64,000 nucleotides of DNA from Somniosus microcephalus (GCA_052327205.1 CM126227.1:41168001-41232000); one strand, 5' to 3'. Numbered from the stretch's first letter, positions 51,340 to 63,670 are shown. Notes: generated by a model from the sequence alone, not told the origin. A program made the numbers and translations.

Positions 51340-51780
51340 TTTCTCCTCCCTCCCAAGTCATTCTTATTCAATTTTCTCCCGTTTTCCCTCCTCCTCTCCT
51401 GAAGATGCTGACCCATGTCAGGGTATTGTTCCACGGATGATGGAAGCCCCCTGCCTCACCAAAGAGACATTTGTGAACCTGGATAGTGGGTATCTTGATC
51501 ACAGGGTGTGGGGGTGGGGGAGAGAGAGGACATCATGGCCAAGTCCAAACCTATTCTCACCTGACATCCACACACATGCACCTTTCAGCAGGGGCCGATG
51601 GATAAGCGGTCGAGAACGAGAATCCTTGCTGATTCTTTACCCACCATCACGCACAAGGCCCAAATTACTGTCCCATATGACATCAGCACAGACTGGGAAT
51701 CAAGCCTGGTATCTCACTGGCCTTTATGGATCTGTCACACATTTGGTGAGGCTTTTGTCCACTAAACTAGCCACAATATT
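51340..51780 (-). mobile_element. tRNA-headed SINE family B, near full length (another at 53015-53425)
   Basis: From CTCCTCTCCTGAAG tail to CAGCACAGACTGGGAATCAAGCC B-box region; colinear with 53015-53425 and 5720-6130. Confidence 0.72.
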
Positions 51781-51949
51781 TTGAAGCATAAGTCGGTACT
51801 TAATTTGTATAACTAACTGAGCTGTCAGTTTAAAAAAATACAAGTAATTGCAAATCATATCCGACGATTACTATTTGTGGAGTTATTTCAAACTGTTTGC
51901 CGTGCCGATTACAGTGAGAGCAGTGATCAGAACAAGACATTTCCTTAAT

Positions 51950-52947
51950 TTACAACGTCAACAACTTTATTTAATGTCCCCTTCCATAATGTAATGTTCC
52001 TGTAGACCGGTGCAAGTCACATTTAATATTAAAACAAATCCAAAAATACCAATATTAATTACATCTTTATTGATCAGTTGATAAATCTTCAAACTGAGAA
52101 ATATCAGTGAATAAACTACTGGTTTAGGAAGTGTGTTAATGTTTGTGATTTTTAGGTGTTAAATGGTTGATATTATAGAATGTCTTTTTCAATGTAGTTG
52201 GTACAGAAATTATCCTCATTATTTACTGCGTTTGAGGTTATCCAGTTGTTTTGTCTGTCTTAGGAGTGAGAAAGAAGACTTTAGGGACATAGCACAGGTT
52301 TACCAGCACTGGATGTCTCTGGTACAGCACAGTGTTCCAGGAGTTTGGATAATGGTGTTGGTGCTTGTTGGGTTGGAGGAAGGGAAGGCGAGCAGATGGG
52401 TTCCACATCAGGCAGGCTCTTATTGCAACTCCAAACCCCAGTGTTCCCATGAATACTTAACTCTGAGACCCTGGAGAAGCATTGAGTTCTTACGACATTC
52501 AGGGACTACAGTGCAGTGGAAAAGGCAACTTCTCCAATGGCCTTAAATTAAAAAGGATGAATTATTTGTAGTGAATAAAGTATGAATTTCATAAATTCTG
52601 AGACTGGCAGATTTTTGTTCCTCAATAATTTTTTTCCTAAAAATGTTGGAAGCGACTAAATCTGAAGGGCCTGTTAGAAAAGATCTGAATGGGCTCTAAA
52701 ATATTCAGTGCAGAAGTGTTTACTTAAGTTCCAAACGTTGAAAATATAAATGGTGCTGTTCATTGGAATGACTTGGATTCACTAGTGACTCTGCTGATGG
52801 TCGATAAATGCCTGTTAATGGAGGTTAATGACAGATTGATGTCAATTCACTCAACTTGATAGATGTTGCATCATTAATCAGCATCAGCCAACATTGTCTT
52901 CAAGTCAAGTGTTGTTAGACCCGGAGCAGTGACTGTAGTTTGCAATC
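51950..52947 (-). other. PDE9A: Probable non-coding last exon (3' UTR) of the PDE9 gene
   Basis: Strong acceptor TTTTATTTATTTTCATTACAG ending at 52948; AATAAA on - at 52066-52071 and 51966-51971; upstream donor at 54008. Confidence 0.6.
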
Positions 52948-54021
52948 CTGTAATGAAAATAAATAAAACGGATTTTTTGGATAAAAGGAACAAAAATAAG
53001 GCCCTGTTACTCCTCCTTTGATTATTTTTCTCCCCCTCCTCGTCTTCCTTTGCTGAGGGTCCTAACTTTTGCCGAGGTATGGTTCATGGGGTGCTGACCA
53101 GGCCTCTGGAAGTTTGCCCAGTGGCCAGTTTTCATGCTTGATCCTCCTACACAGCAAATGCAGCAGGCTACTCAACTGTGGGAGTATCACACCAAAGCCT
53201 GATCCAACACCTGTACAAACCCAGCAGGAGGCACTGGATAGTGATCAGGAATCCAGACTGATTTATTTCTCGCCCTAGTGCAAGGGCACTGAGGCCAATT
53301 GTGACACCCCCTACCAGCACCCCAACCGAGGTTAAGTAACTGGGCACCGTACCTGGGACCTTCCTGGTTGTTGCACGGCTCAGTGCCACACTAGTAGTGC
53401 ATTTAGTAACTGAGTCATTAGGAAGGCAATGTCCTTATTTTGGTAAAACTTAGGAACCTTACATATTTACAGTAACTTCCAAAAGGGAATTGGATATATA
53501 CTTGAAATGTATATATATGATGCAATATGCTGAACACTGTCCTTTCACATCTCTGGTCCAGATATCATTACCTACAGCATCACTTTCAGCTCTCTTACTG
53601 TATGTTCAGCTTCAGCTGATGGTCGACAGCAGCTGCCAGTTATGCGGTTATCATTAGTAATTCCCACCTATATTGCTGGAGCTATTGCTCCTTCTGATGT
53701 TACCTCTAACCTGCCCGTAGCTGTTATATCATCCCTTACCAATACTGTCACTCACCAACTAACTTAACAGGCAATCAATGTTAACCATTCTTAGCTCCAT
53801 CTCCTGTCCATCTTGCCATGTTCTCATAATGCCAGCGATGATGATATTCTCATTGGCTGTATAATAATTCTAGTTGCAAAACTTTATTTCAAGTGCCTTA
53901 ATATAAAAACATTTAAAACTCCTTTAATATCTTCTCATCCTTATCTGATTTCTGGTTGTTTTATATCAGAACTGTTGAAAGAATGCGAGTGCTTCAAAAT
54001 CTACTTACCGTACTAAGAAAA

Positions 54022-54066
54022 TTACTTCTTCGATCCGAGAGGGATATTTTCTGTTTTCTTCCGCAA
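54022..54066 (-). CDS. PDE9A: PDE9A-like, last coding exon
   Basis: Acceptor TTTACAAG; LRKKTENIPLGSKK-stop resembles human LQKKTDSLTSG; donor GTAAGT 13 nt after the stop. Confidence 0.8.
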   Translation of the reverse strand: MRKKTENIPLGSKK

Positions 54067-54276
54067 CTTGTAAAGTTAAATTTTAAGAAGACAGACATTA
54101 TTGTGGGCAAAGTGACGTTAAAATGCTCGTTAAACACAATGGGGTTTAAAATTAAAAGATCACACGTTTTTATTATAACTTTCAACTTAAAGGATAACTT
54201 TAGTAGGCTGGCAAGCCTTTCACACAATAATGTACTTAGGGCCAAAATCCCTTGGACTCCTTCTGCTGCTGTAAGT

Positions 54277-55415
54277 ACATAAGAAATAGGAGCAGGAGTC
54301 GGCCATTTGGCCCTTCAAACCTGCTCCGCCATGCAACAAGATCATGGCTGATCTTCTACCACAACTCCACCTTCCCGCATTATCCCCATATCCCTCAATT
54401 CCCTTTGTTCTCAAAATGTTATCGACCTCTGTCTTGAATATACTCAACGACTGAGCATCCACAGCTCTCTGGGGTAGAGAATTCCAAAGATTCACAACCC
54501 TTTGAGTGAAGAAATGTCTCCTCTCAGTCCTAAATGGCCAACCCCTTATTCCGTGACTGAGCCAGTGTTCTAGATTCCCCAGCCAGGGGAAACATTTTCC
54601 CAGCTTTTACCCTGTCAAGCCCCTTAAGAATTTTATATGTTTCAATTAGATCACCCCTCATTCTTCTAAACTCTAGGGAATATAGGACTAGTCTACTCAA
54701 CCTCGCCGCATAGGGCTATCCCCTCATCCCAGGAACCAGTCTAGTGAACCTTTGTTGCACATCCTCTAAGGCAAGTATGTCTTTCCTTAGGTAAGGAGAC
54801 CAGAACTGTACACAGTACTCCAGGTGTGGCCTCACCAATGCTCTGTATAATTGGCCTCACTAATGCTCTGTATAATTATAGTAAGACTTCTTTACTCTTA
54901 TACCCTAATCCCTTTGTAACAAAAGCTAACATACCATTTGCTTTCCTAATTGCTTGCTGTACCTGCATGTTAACTTTCTGTGATTCATGTACAAGGACAC
55001 CCAAGTCCCTCTGAGTGAAACATTTCCCAGTCTCTCACCATTCAAAAAATATTCAGCTTTTTTGTTTTTCCTGCCAAAGTGGATAACTTCACACCTCCCC
55101 ACATTGTATTCCATTTGCCATGTTCTTGCCCACTCTGTCAACCTGTCTATATCTCTCTGCAGCCTCTTTGCGTCCTCCTCACAGCTTACTTTCCCACTTA
55201 ACTTTGTATCATCAGCAAACTTGGATACGTTACACTCAGTCCCTTCATCTAAGTCATTAATATAGATTGTAAATAGCTGAGGCCCAAGCACTGATCCTTG
55301 CGGTACCCCGCTAGTTACAGCCTGCCAACCTGAAAAAGTCCCGTTTATTCCTATTCTGTGTTTTCTATCCATTAACCAATCCTCAATCCATGCTAATATA
55401 TTACCCCCAATCCCG
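54277..55415 (-). mobile_element. CR1 LINE, RT 3' half
   Basis: SGVPQGSVLGPQLFTIYINDLD, KFADDTKL, YNVGRCEVIHFG. Confidence 0.93.
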
Positions 55416-56249
55416 ATGTGCCGTTGACTTCTGCTCCTGACTCCGCTAGAGAATCTGAGCACCAGGTGGGGTCAGCTAATTGTAATAGTTCTGCCAGGCA
55501 CCCCCACCAGTTTGAGCACATCTTAGGTGCTTGCTTGAAGGGTGGGGAGGGGGCATAGGAAGATGCTTCACATCTACTCGGGTTGGGCAAGTTGGCACGA
55601 CTGGCAGAAGTTTTTTTTTAAGTTGGAAATTGGCCCTCTTGATAAGAGGTCCAATTTCTACTCCACTAGGTTTAATGCTATCCTTTATTTTATCAAACAA
55701 GATTATAGTAAAACCTCATCCCTTCAGAAAGAGAGAGCGATAGAGAGAAAGCGCGAGCGAGACCAACGCGGAATGCAACGAATGGAGGGAAGTGCGTTTG
55801 ATCAGCCATTCCTCTGAGTTTCTGATCCTGACCACATTGCAAGGGAAGGTGTCAAGTGGAGAAAGTGGGCTTCCTCATAAGTGAAGGGTGGGAGAAGAGG
55901 AGAAAGAAAAATGGACAGTAAGATATCTCCGGGAGTTCCAACAGTTAGTTAATTGTGTCATTGGTAGAAGTGTGGGAAAATGTCTGTCAAAACTGCCCGT
56001 GGCCTAGTGAGACCATAGCAATGGGAAGGGGAAAAGCGTTTACAATGAGAGGATATTGAATTATAAAGGAATTCACTAATCTTCATTAATATATAATGGA
56101 TACACAATAGTGTGATTATAAACTAGGGAACAGACAGTGACAGAGGAGACTCACTAGGGGAGGTTGAGATACAGAGGATGCATAATTTATGTTTTTAAGA
56201 AAGTGTTGAAGGATGGTTGCCATAGAAACAAAGCACTCTCTGGTTGGCA

Positions 56250-57460
56250 GTGTGTGCATTCTATTCATTGATGCAGTAACTTGAGTTATTTGATGAAGTA
56301 ACGGAGAGGGTTGTTGAGGGTAGTGCAGTTGATGTTGCATATATGGACTTTCAAAATGCGTTTGATAAAGTACCACATAATAGACTTGTTAGCAAAATTG
56401 AAGCCCTTGGGATTAAAGGGGCAGTGGCTGCATGGATATGAAATTGGCTAAGGGACAGAAAACAAAGTAGTGGTGAACGGTTGTTTTTCAGACAAGAGGA
56501 AAGTGTGCAGTCCCCCAGGGGTCGGTGTTGGAATTACTTCTCTCTTTGATTATATATTGATGACCTGGACTTGGGTATAGTGGACAAAATTTTAAAGTTT
56601 GCAGATGACACACAACTCAGAAATGCAGTAAACGGTGAGGAGGATATTAACAGACTTCAGGAAGACGTAGGCAGACTGGTGAAATGGGCAGACACGTGGC
56701 AGATGCAGTTGAATGCAGAGAAGTGTGAAGTGATTCATTTTGGTAGGAGGAATAAAGAGAGGCAATGTAAAGTAAATGGTACAATTTTAAAGGGGGTGCA
56801 AGTCTTTGAAGGTGGCAGGACAAGTTGCGGTGGCTGTTAAAAAGGCATACAGGATCCTTGGCTTTATTAATAGAGGCCTAGAGTACAAAAGCAAGGAAGT
56901 TATGCTAAACCTTTAAAAAACACTGATTAGGCCCCAGCTGGAGTATTGTGTCCAATTCTGGGCACCATGCTTTAGGAAGGATGTCAAGACCTGAGAGAGG
57001 GTGCAGAGGAGATTTACTAGAATGGTACGAGGGATGAAAGACTTCAGTTATTTGGAAAGACTAGAGAAACTGGGATTGTCCTCCTTCGAGCAGAGAAAGT
57101 TAAGGGGTGATTTAGGTGATCAAAATCATTAAGGTTTAATAGAGTAAATAAGGAGAAACTGTTTTCAGTGGCAGAAGGGTCAGTAACCAGAGGGCACAGA
57201 ATTAAGGTCATTGGCAAAAGAACCAGGGGCGACATGAAAAACAATTTTACGCAGCGAGTTGTTGTGATCCGGAATGCACTGCCTGAAAGGGAGGTGGAAG
57301 CAGATTCAATAGGGAATTGGATAAATACTTGACGGGGTGGATAAACCTGCAGCACTATGGGGAAGGAGCAGGGGAGTGCTAATTGGACAGCTCCTTCAAA
57401 CAGCCAGCGCAAACACGATGGGCTGAGTGGCCTCCTTCTGTGCTGTTTGATTCTATGATC
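56250..57460 (+). mobile_element. CR1 LINE, degraded RT 3' half
   Basis: DFQNAFDKVPH, KFADDTQL, NAEKCEVIHFGR; TTCTATGAT tail. Confidence 0.9.
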
Positions 57461-57738
57461 GAAAGTGTCTTCAGAGGATGGCTACACTTCAAAAGTAGTT
57501 CATTGGCTGTAAAGATGTTTGGGACGTCCTGAGGTTGTGAAACAGGCTATATAAATGCAAGTCTTTCTTTTACGGTAAAGGTAAGTGGCGCCAACACAAT
57601 TTACAAAGGGGATTATTTTCTAATTCCAAAGCAAAATTATAGCCATCATTATTTACATATGATGGCTGGGACAGAGCAGCAACTTAGTTGAGGAGTTAAG
57701 ATTGTATTATCTACAGGTCACCGATTGGCTGCATTTAC

Positions 57739-57834
57739 CTCATTCATGGCATCATCAATCTGTTTCAGCTCTTCATAGCGATCCCTGGAATCTCGCAGAG
57801 GCTGTACCGTAGCTTCTTCAATCTGTGGGAATAA
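57739..57834 (-). CDS. PDE9A: PDE9A-like exon (96 nt)
   Basis: AG/GT flanks, phase 0; [32 protein letters not shown] versus human [32 protein letters not shown]. Confidence 0.95.
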
Positions 57835-58107
57835 CTAACAGCAAATAGGCAATGATCAGTGTAACGCAATTTACAGAATAAGAGTGGCATGGTGGTCCTG
57901 TAATAATCAAACCTGGCCACGCACAAACTTCATGGGATGTTTTGTCCTAATGCATGCAGAGCAAACATTTAGGGTAATGACTTTCAGGGAAATGTCTGTT
58001 TGAAAGTATTCTTGTATTCCCCTCACATTATATAGTCGGGTACAGGAAATATGAGATGCAGGATAAAACTTCCTTTACACTGCCTCCAAAATATGCCTTA
58101 GACCTAA

Positions 58108-58334
58108 TGATGTAAGAAAACTACTAGGCACTTGGTCTAAGCGTTAAACAAAGCTTTAATCAACTGTTTTACAACATGGAGGTCTAGTTGTGTCCTTCAC
58201 TAGTTCCTGTTAAGAATGTCCTGCACAAGCTGGGCCTGTGCCCGAGTATTTATACTCTCCCTGGACAGCGCCACCCACAGGCCGCTCAGTATTATTTCAT
58301 AAGTCTTTCTTTCATGAATGACTGATTCATGTTA
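58108..58334 (-). mobile_element. Solo LTR (227 bp), 5-bp TSD CCTAA
   Basis: CCTAA|TGATGT...TTCATGTTA|CCTAA; colinear with 33439-33664. Confidence 0.82.
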
Positions 58335-58534
58335 CCTAATGTTAAAAAGGCACCCTTATTGCCTCATGAAAAAAAAACTTGTATTTATATAGTGCCTTTT
58401 ATAACCTCAGGACATTTCAAAGTGCTTTGTGTCCAAGGAAGTACTTTGTAATGTAGGCTAACACAGCAACCAATTTGTGCACTGCAAGGGCCCACAAACA
58501 GCAATGAGATAATTGACCAAATAATCTTTTTTTT

Positions 58535-59165
58535 AAAATTCATTGATGGGATGTGGGCGTCGCTGGCTGGCTAGGCCTGCATTTAGTGCCCATCCCTAAT
58601 TGCCCTTGAGAAGATGGTGGTGAGCCGCCTTCTTGAACCGCTGCAGTCCATATGGTGTAGGTACACCCACAATGCTGTTAGGAAGGGAGTTCCAGGATTT
58701 TGGCCCAGCGACAGTGAAGGAACGGCGATACAGGTCCAAGTCAGGATGGTGTGTGGCTTGGAGGGGAACTTGTAGGTGGTGATGTTCCCATGCGTCTGCT
58801 GCCCTTGTCCTTCTAAGTGGTAGAGGTCGCGGGTTTGGAAGGTGCTGTTGAAGGAGCTTTGGCGAGTTGCTGCAGTACATCTTGTAGATGGTACACACTG
58901 CAGCCACAGTGCGCCGGTGGTGGAGGGAGTGAATGTTGAAGGTGGTGGATGGAGTGCCAATCAAGCGGGCTGCTTTATCCTGAATGGTGTCGAGCTTCTT
59001 GAGTGTTGTTGAAGCTGCACTCATCCAGGCAAGTGGAGAGTATTCCATCACACTCCTGACTTGTGCCTTGTAGATGATGGAAAGGCTTTGGGGAGTCAGG
59101 AGGTGAGACACTCGCCGCAGAATTCCCAGCCTCTGGCCTGCTCTTGTAGCCACAGTATTTATATG
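58535..59165 (-). mobile_element. 3' end of the second CR1/L2-group LINE, inserted into a Deu SINE (halves at 58372-58530 and 59165-59447)
   Basis: IYKAQVRSVMEYSPLAW...GLQRFKKAAHHHLLKGN; the SINE is colinear across the insert. Confidence 0.88.
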
Positions 59166-60189
59166 GCTGTTTTTGTGGTGTTGGTTGAGGAATAAATGTT
59201 GGGCAAAACACCAGGAGAACTTCCCTTCTTTTCTTCAAATCGTGCCAAAGGATCTCTATGTCCACCCAAGAGGGCAGATACGTCCTTGGTTTAACATCTC
59301 ATCTGAAAGACAACACCTCCGACAGTGCAGCACTCCCTCAGAACTGCACTGAAGTGCCAGTTTAGATTATATGCTCAAGTCTCTGGAGTGGGGCTTGAAC
59401 CCACAACCTTCTGACTCAGAGGCGAGTCGTACCATTGAGCCAATGCTAATACCTATGGTGTCGCTGACTGATGTTGCCAATTTAGGGGAATCATGTGTCA
59501 AATGAATTGGTAATTTTGCGCAGTGCATCCCCACCCACCAAGATCTAGGTCACCCAGACTCTTTCACCTACAGCCCTTGCATCTAGCAGAGGAAGGCTAC
59601 CAGCCGAAGATACTGATGATGTATCCACCACACGATCCAGCCTGCTAAGAGCAGAATTGTTACTATCTCTGAATCGTGGGGGGTTTCTCCCGATCCCCTA
59701 CCGTAACTTCAGCAGAAGATTGGCCATTTCTCCAGGGTTCCTGCCGGTCTTACAGCAAGAGATCGAGATCTCTCCCGATGTACAAGTAAGAGGAAGTGGG
59801 AGAGTGGGATAGAAAAGTAACCCAAAATCCTCCAGGTTTGATTTATTGTTTGGCTTGGTTGCACGTTTTGAGGGGAAGCGGGGTAACAGGTACTTTGTTC
59901 ATTTCAACAATAACAAACTAATTCAAACAATCAGGCAGAAATGAGCTTGAACATGGGCGTCTGGAATTTCTGCAGGGCTTGTCCTGATCTCCCGCCATAA
60001 CTTGGGCAGCAGATCGGCGGAATCCACCCACCCCCCCCCCCAAAAAAAAGACACAATATAAATGACCAAAAAAGGCCAGGCTGCTCCATCACGGACTTTA
60101 TCCAATCCAACGGGAGATGGAACCCTCGTGGAAATTCTAACCGGGGGTAATCATTGAGCTGATCGCTCTTGGAACAAGGGCACAGTTCC

Positions 60190-60440
60190 CTGTGGATTAA
60201 ATGATCCAATGGGTTAGACGCTGGTCTTCCACCTTTGGAACCTGGGTTCAGTTCCAGCCCAGACTGATGGGATGTCCTAACTGAAATGAGTTTAGGCAGT
60301 TTCAATCCACTTTCTGATGGGCATGGGCCCACAACTAAAACTAACCCTACTAAATTGTCAATCTTACTCAGAGAGAAGCTGAGGATGGCTGGTGTAAGAA
60401 ATATACAAATGTCAAAGGTGTAGCTCTACCTCACCCAGAA
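60190..60440 (+). mobile_element. Degraded LF-SINE-like element
   Basis: TTCCACCTTTGGAACCTGGGTTCAGTTCCAGCCCAG, TGAAATGAGTT...TCCACTTTCTGATGG...CCCACAACTAAAAC and CAGAGAG..GCTGAGGATGG follow the recalled LF-SINE consensus in order. Confidence 0.55.
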
Positions 60441-60612
60441 GTACTTACAACTGAGTGGCCAAAATAAATAGTCGCCCAGTTCCCAGCACTAACACTCCTC
60501 ACCTTCACCTTGATGAAGGTGATGAACACAAACATCATTAAAGAAGGGAAGGGACCTCTGAGGTAGTCATTCTTCGATCAAGAGAGGAATTACCCGTTAA
60601 TTCTGAACTTAC

Positions 60613-60741
60613 CTTCATCAGTGTCTCAAATGTCGGTATGAGGACAAACTTGATGAATCCAATCTGGGCTGTGGGCTTGGTAACCTTATCTCGATCCATG
60701 AATGGGGCTACTGGAAGGCCTTCAGATTTCTCCCGGTCACT
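60613..60741 (-). CDS. PDE9A: PDE9A-like exon (129 nt) with the invariant Gln
   Basis: AG/GT flanks; [43 protein letters not shown], near-identical to human PDE9A. Confidence 0.97.
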
Positions 60742-61034
60742 CTGCAATTGAACACAAGCAAACTATATTAAAGATGTATGTTTAGAAAGAATAGTTTTTT
60801 TTTCATATACTCTGCTTGTAAAGAGGGAGATGTTCTAGGCATAAGCCTTGATTGAGTTGAATCTAAACCCGAAGCTGACTGCAAACTTCAGTCCTAAACC
60901 CAACTAAACTTTGAGCCCAATGTGATCTGTAAACCAAATCAATCTGAACTCGTACCTCAATCTCAATCTGAACCTATGACCCAACTTGAATCTTAGCCCA
61001 GTACTTAACCTAAACCCTAATGCAGATCCTACTA

Positions 61035-61357
61035 CAGGAAACGTTTTTTTATCTGGCACGGACGGGACCGACGTGGTGCCGGTTCATCAAAAATTCCGGA
61101 TAACCGAAAGCTATAGTAAAAGATACGGAGCTGAGAGCTCCGTATAAAGCAACAAACCCTGTTGCTTAGCAACAGCTTCAGACCAATGGCCACAAGTTGC
61201 AAGCGTCTCTGTAGCTTAGCAACAGCTGCAGCCACACCCTTGCACAGCAACAGATGAAGGAAGGCTAGTAATAAAAGTTACCTGAACCTACTCCTGAATT
61301 TTGCCGGTTAACCGAGATTTCCGGTTATTTAGGTGCCGGTAAATCGAAAGTTTCCTG
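61035..61357. mobile_element. pogo/Tigger-like MITE, 323 bp, inside a degenerate AACCC-type repeat (about 60850-61490)
   Basis: TA|CAGGAAAC ... GTTTCCTG|TA; body matches the 22055 copy. Confidence 0.85.
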
Positions 61358-62484
61358 TATAAACAAAGCTCAAATTCTTACGCTGACTCCATTTGGGTTT
61401 CAGAGCAAATCTGAACTGGAACCAAAGCCGAAACACCAGCTGTATCCTGAGCTTCAACCCAACCTCAAAAACCAATCCAATCAGCTTTGGTCATAGTAAG
61501 GAGAAAGAGGCGCCGAAAAGGGTTCCAATAAGGGGCAACAAGAATGGTATCAAACAATGGAGCTACAACATGTAACTGGAACTCATCTTAGCAAAAGAAG
61601 TGGTGGCGGAGGGAGAGGAATAATAATTCAAGCTTTTAAAAGGATATGCAAATATGGTTAGATGAAGTAGAATATAAGGAGGCTCGTGTGGAGCATAAAC
61701 ACCGGCATAGACCAGTTGTGCTGAATAGCCTGTTTCTGTGGTATAAATTAAATGTAATTCTATGTAAAATCAAGAGGATGGTCTGTAGGATAGATGTGGA
61801 GAAGCTCTTTATGCTCACCCAGAATAAGAGAATCAGAGGGCACAACTACATCCCAAGGAAGGTTGCTGAATATAACTTACAGAGCAGTCATTTCACACCA
61901 GTTTACGGAATAGACTGTCACCGAGTGTACTGAATAGAGACTTGACTGAAGTATTTGAAAAAGACATTGACAGGCTCCTGATTTAACACATAGCAGAGGG
62001 ACTTGAGCTTGTCACCAAGGCAGCACTGAGATGATTCAGCCAACACAGCAAGACCAGAGCACATGCATTTAAAAACAGTTTTGAAACAGACATTTGGATG
62101 AACTATTTTACTTAAAGCGTGATAAGTGTTTGGAACGATATGCCAGGTGGGGTAGTAAAGACAGAAACATTGTGGGAGTTCAAAGGAAGCTGGATGCTGT
62201 AATGGGAGAGCTAGGTACAAGAGGGATGAGGTTCAATGGGACGAAAGGTCTTTTCTCATCCTTGCCTATCGCCAGTTGCCCTGAGAAGGTGGTGGTGGGT
62301 TTTCTCCTTGAACGGCCGCAGTCCTTGAGATGGTCCCATAATGGTGTTAGGTAGGGAATTCCAGGATTTTGACCCAACTAATTTGTTAACTAAGCATGCC
62401 TCCATTTTATTGTCAGCCCATTGAAGACAACAACAAATCACCCTCTACAGTTTGCACCATGAGATCAGTAACTATGTCTTTCAC

Positions 62485-62589
62485 CTGTGTAAAGTATTCT
62501 TCGAGCAAGCAGTCAACCCAAGGGTCCGCCACTTCTGTCGGCCGCACTTCATTGGAAATATCACAGCACTTGATAAGAAGCATTTTCAG
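62485..62589 (-). CDS. PDE9A: PDE9A-like exon (105 nt)
   Basis: AG/GT flanks; [35 protein letters not shown] with the metal-binding Asp and PDE9-type Glu and Tyr. Confidence 0.97.
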
Positions 62590-63174
62590 CTAGGAAAAAG
62601 GGACAAGTGCTTTTTCTGAGTAAGTTCATACATTTCTGCTTTGTCACAATCTAAAACCATTAATCTTCAACAGTCTTTCCCTTCCCCCAATTTTCAGCTT
62701 TCCAACCTCTCCTTAGGGCCACTATTCTCCCAGCTGGCACCAGAGGCACAGAGTTTTTAAGTTCAATGTGCCCAATTGTTCCCCTTTATAAAAGGGCCAA
62801 TTATTAATAATTGAGCCATTATTTTTACTGGGGTCTGGGTGGGGCCTACGTCTGCTGCTCAAATGCTGAGCGTTGGACAGGCCGGGGACGAGGAAATTCC
62901 TGGCGTTGAAATTCCTTCCCCCCAACCCCACCACTGGCCCCAACACCACCACCTCCATCTTGGAGGGAGGAGGTTCCACTCCAAACAGACCCCGACAGAA
63001 ACTCGTGGATAGTGAATTCCAGTCACATCGGTTTTCCACCCCTTCTGCTGCACTTCCGGCTGACTGACACTGGGACTACGCTAAGGGGCCTGTGGACATT
63101 TGGAGCCAGTATCTCTTAATTTGCAAACTAAAAAGGCCATTCATTGCTCTGAAGATTATGTTCGTTTTACTTAC

Positions 63175-63288
63175 ACTCATTTTGTGTTCTTCATTCAAGA
63201 AATCAAAGGTGGCAACCTTTGGTCTGAATGTGTCCAGTATCTCTCCATGTCGAGCCATGTCTGTCGCTAGGATAAGTGTAATAATTCC
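63175..63288 (-). CDS. PDE9A: PDE9A-like exon (114 nt); gene continues beyond the window
   Basis: AG/GT flanks; [38 protein letters not shown] versus human ...[18 protein letters not shown]...NEEH. Confidence 0.96.
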
Positions 63289-63414
63289 CTTTAGGAAAGG
63301 TAGAAGAATGGGCAGAGCAAGTTAGAAAACAAGAACCTGGCCTTGCCCAACTGCAATCATGTGATAATTAAGAGCATCCATTGCAGTAGGTTGTTCACGG
63401 GGAAAGGGTGAGCA

Positions 63415-63670
63415 GGAACATAAAATCAGGAGTAGGCCCTTCAACCCCTCGAGCCTGCTCTGCCATTTAATTAGATCATGTTTGTACCTCAACTCCATTT
63501 ACATGCCTTTGATCCATATCCCTCGATACCATTACTTAACAAAAATCTCTCTCGCTCTTGACAGCTCCAATTGACCCAGCATCCATAAGTATTTGGGAGA
63601 ACGAGTTCCAGATTTAAACTACCCTGTGTCAAAAAATGCTTCCTGAATTTACTCCTAAATGGTTTGGCTT
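63415..63670 (-). mobile_element. Old CR1 3' fragment
   Basis: GAACATAA...AGGAGTAGGCC...GAGCCTGCTC...GATCATG 3' UTR pattern. Confidence 0.75.

Noticed and set aside
60850-61490. Interstitial telomeric repeat
   Set aside because: Too degenerate; hardly any exact CCCTAA units, better described as low-complexity repeat.
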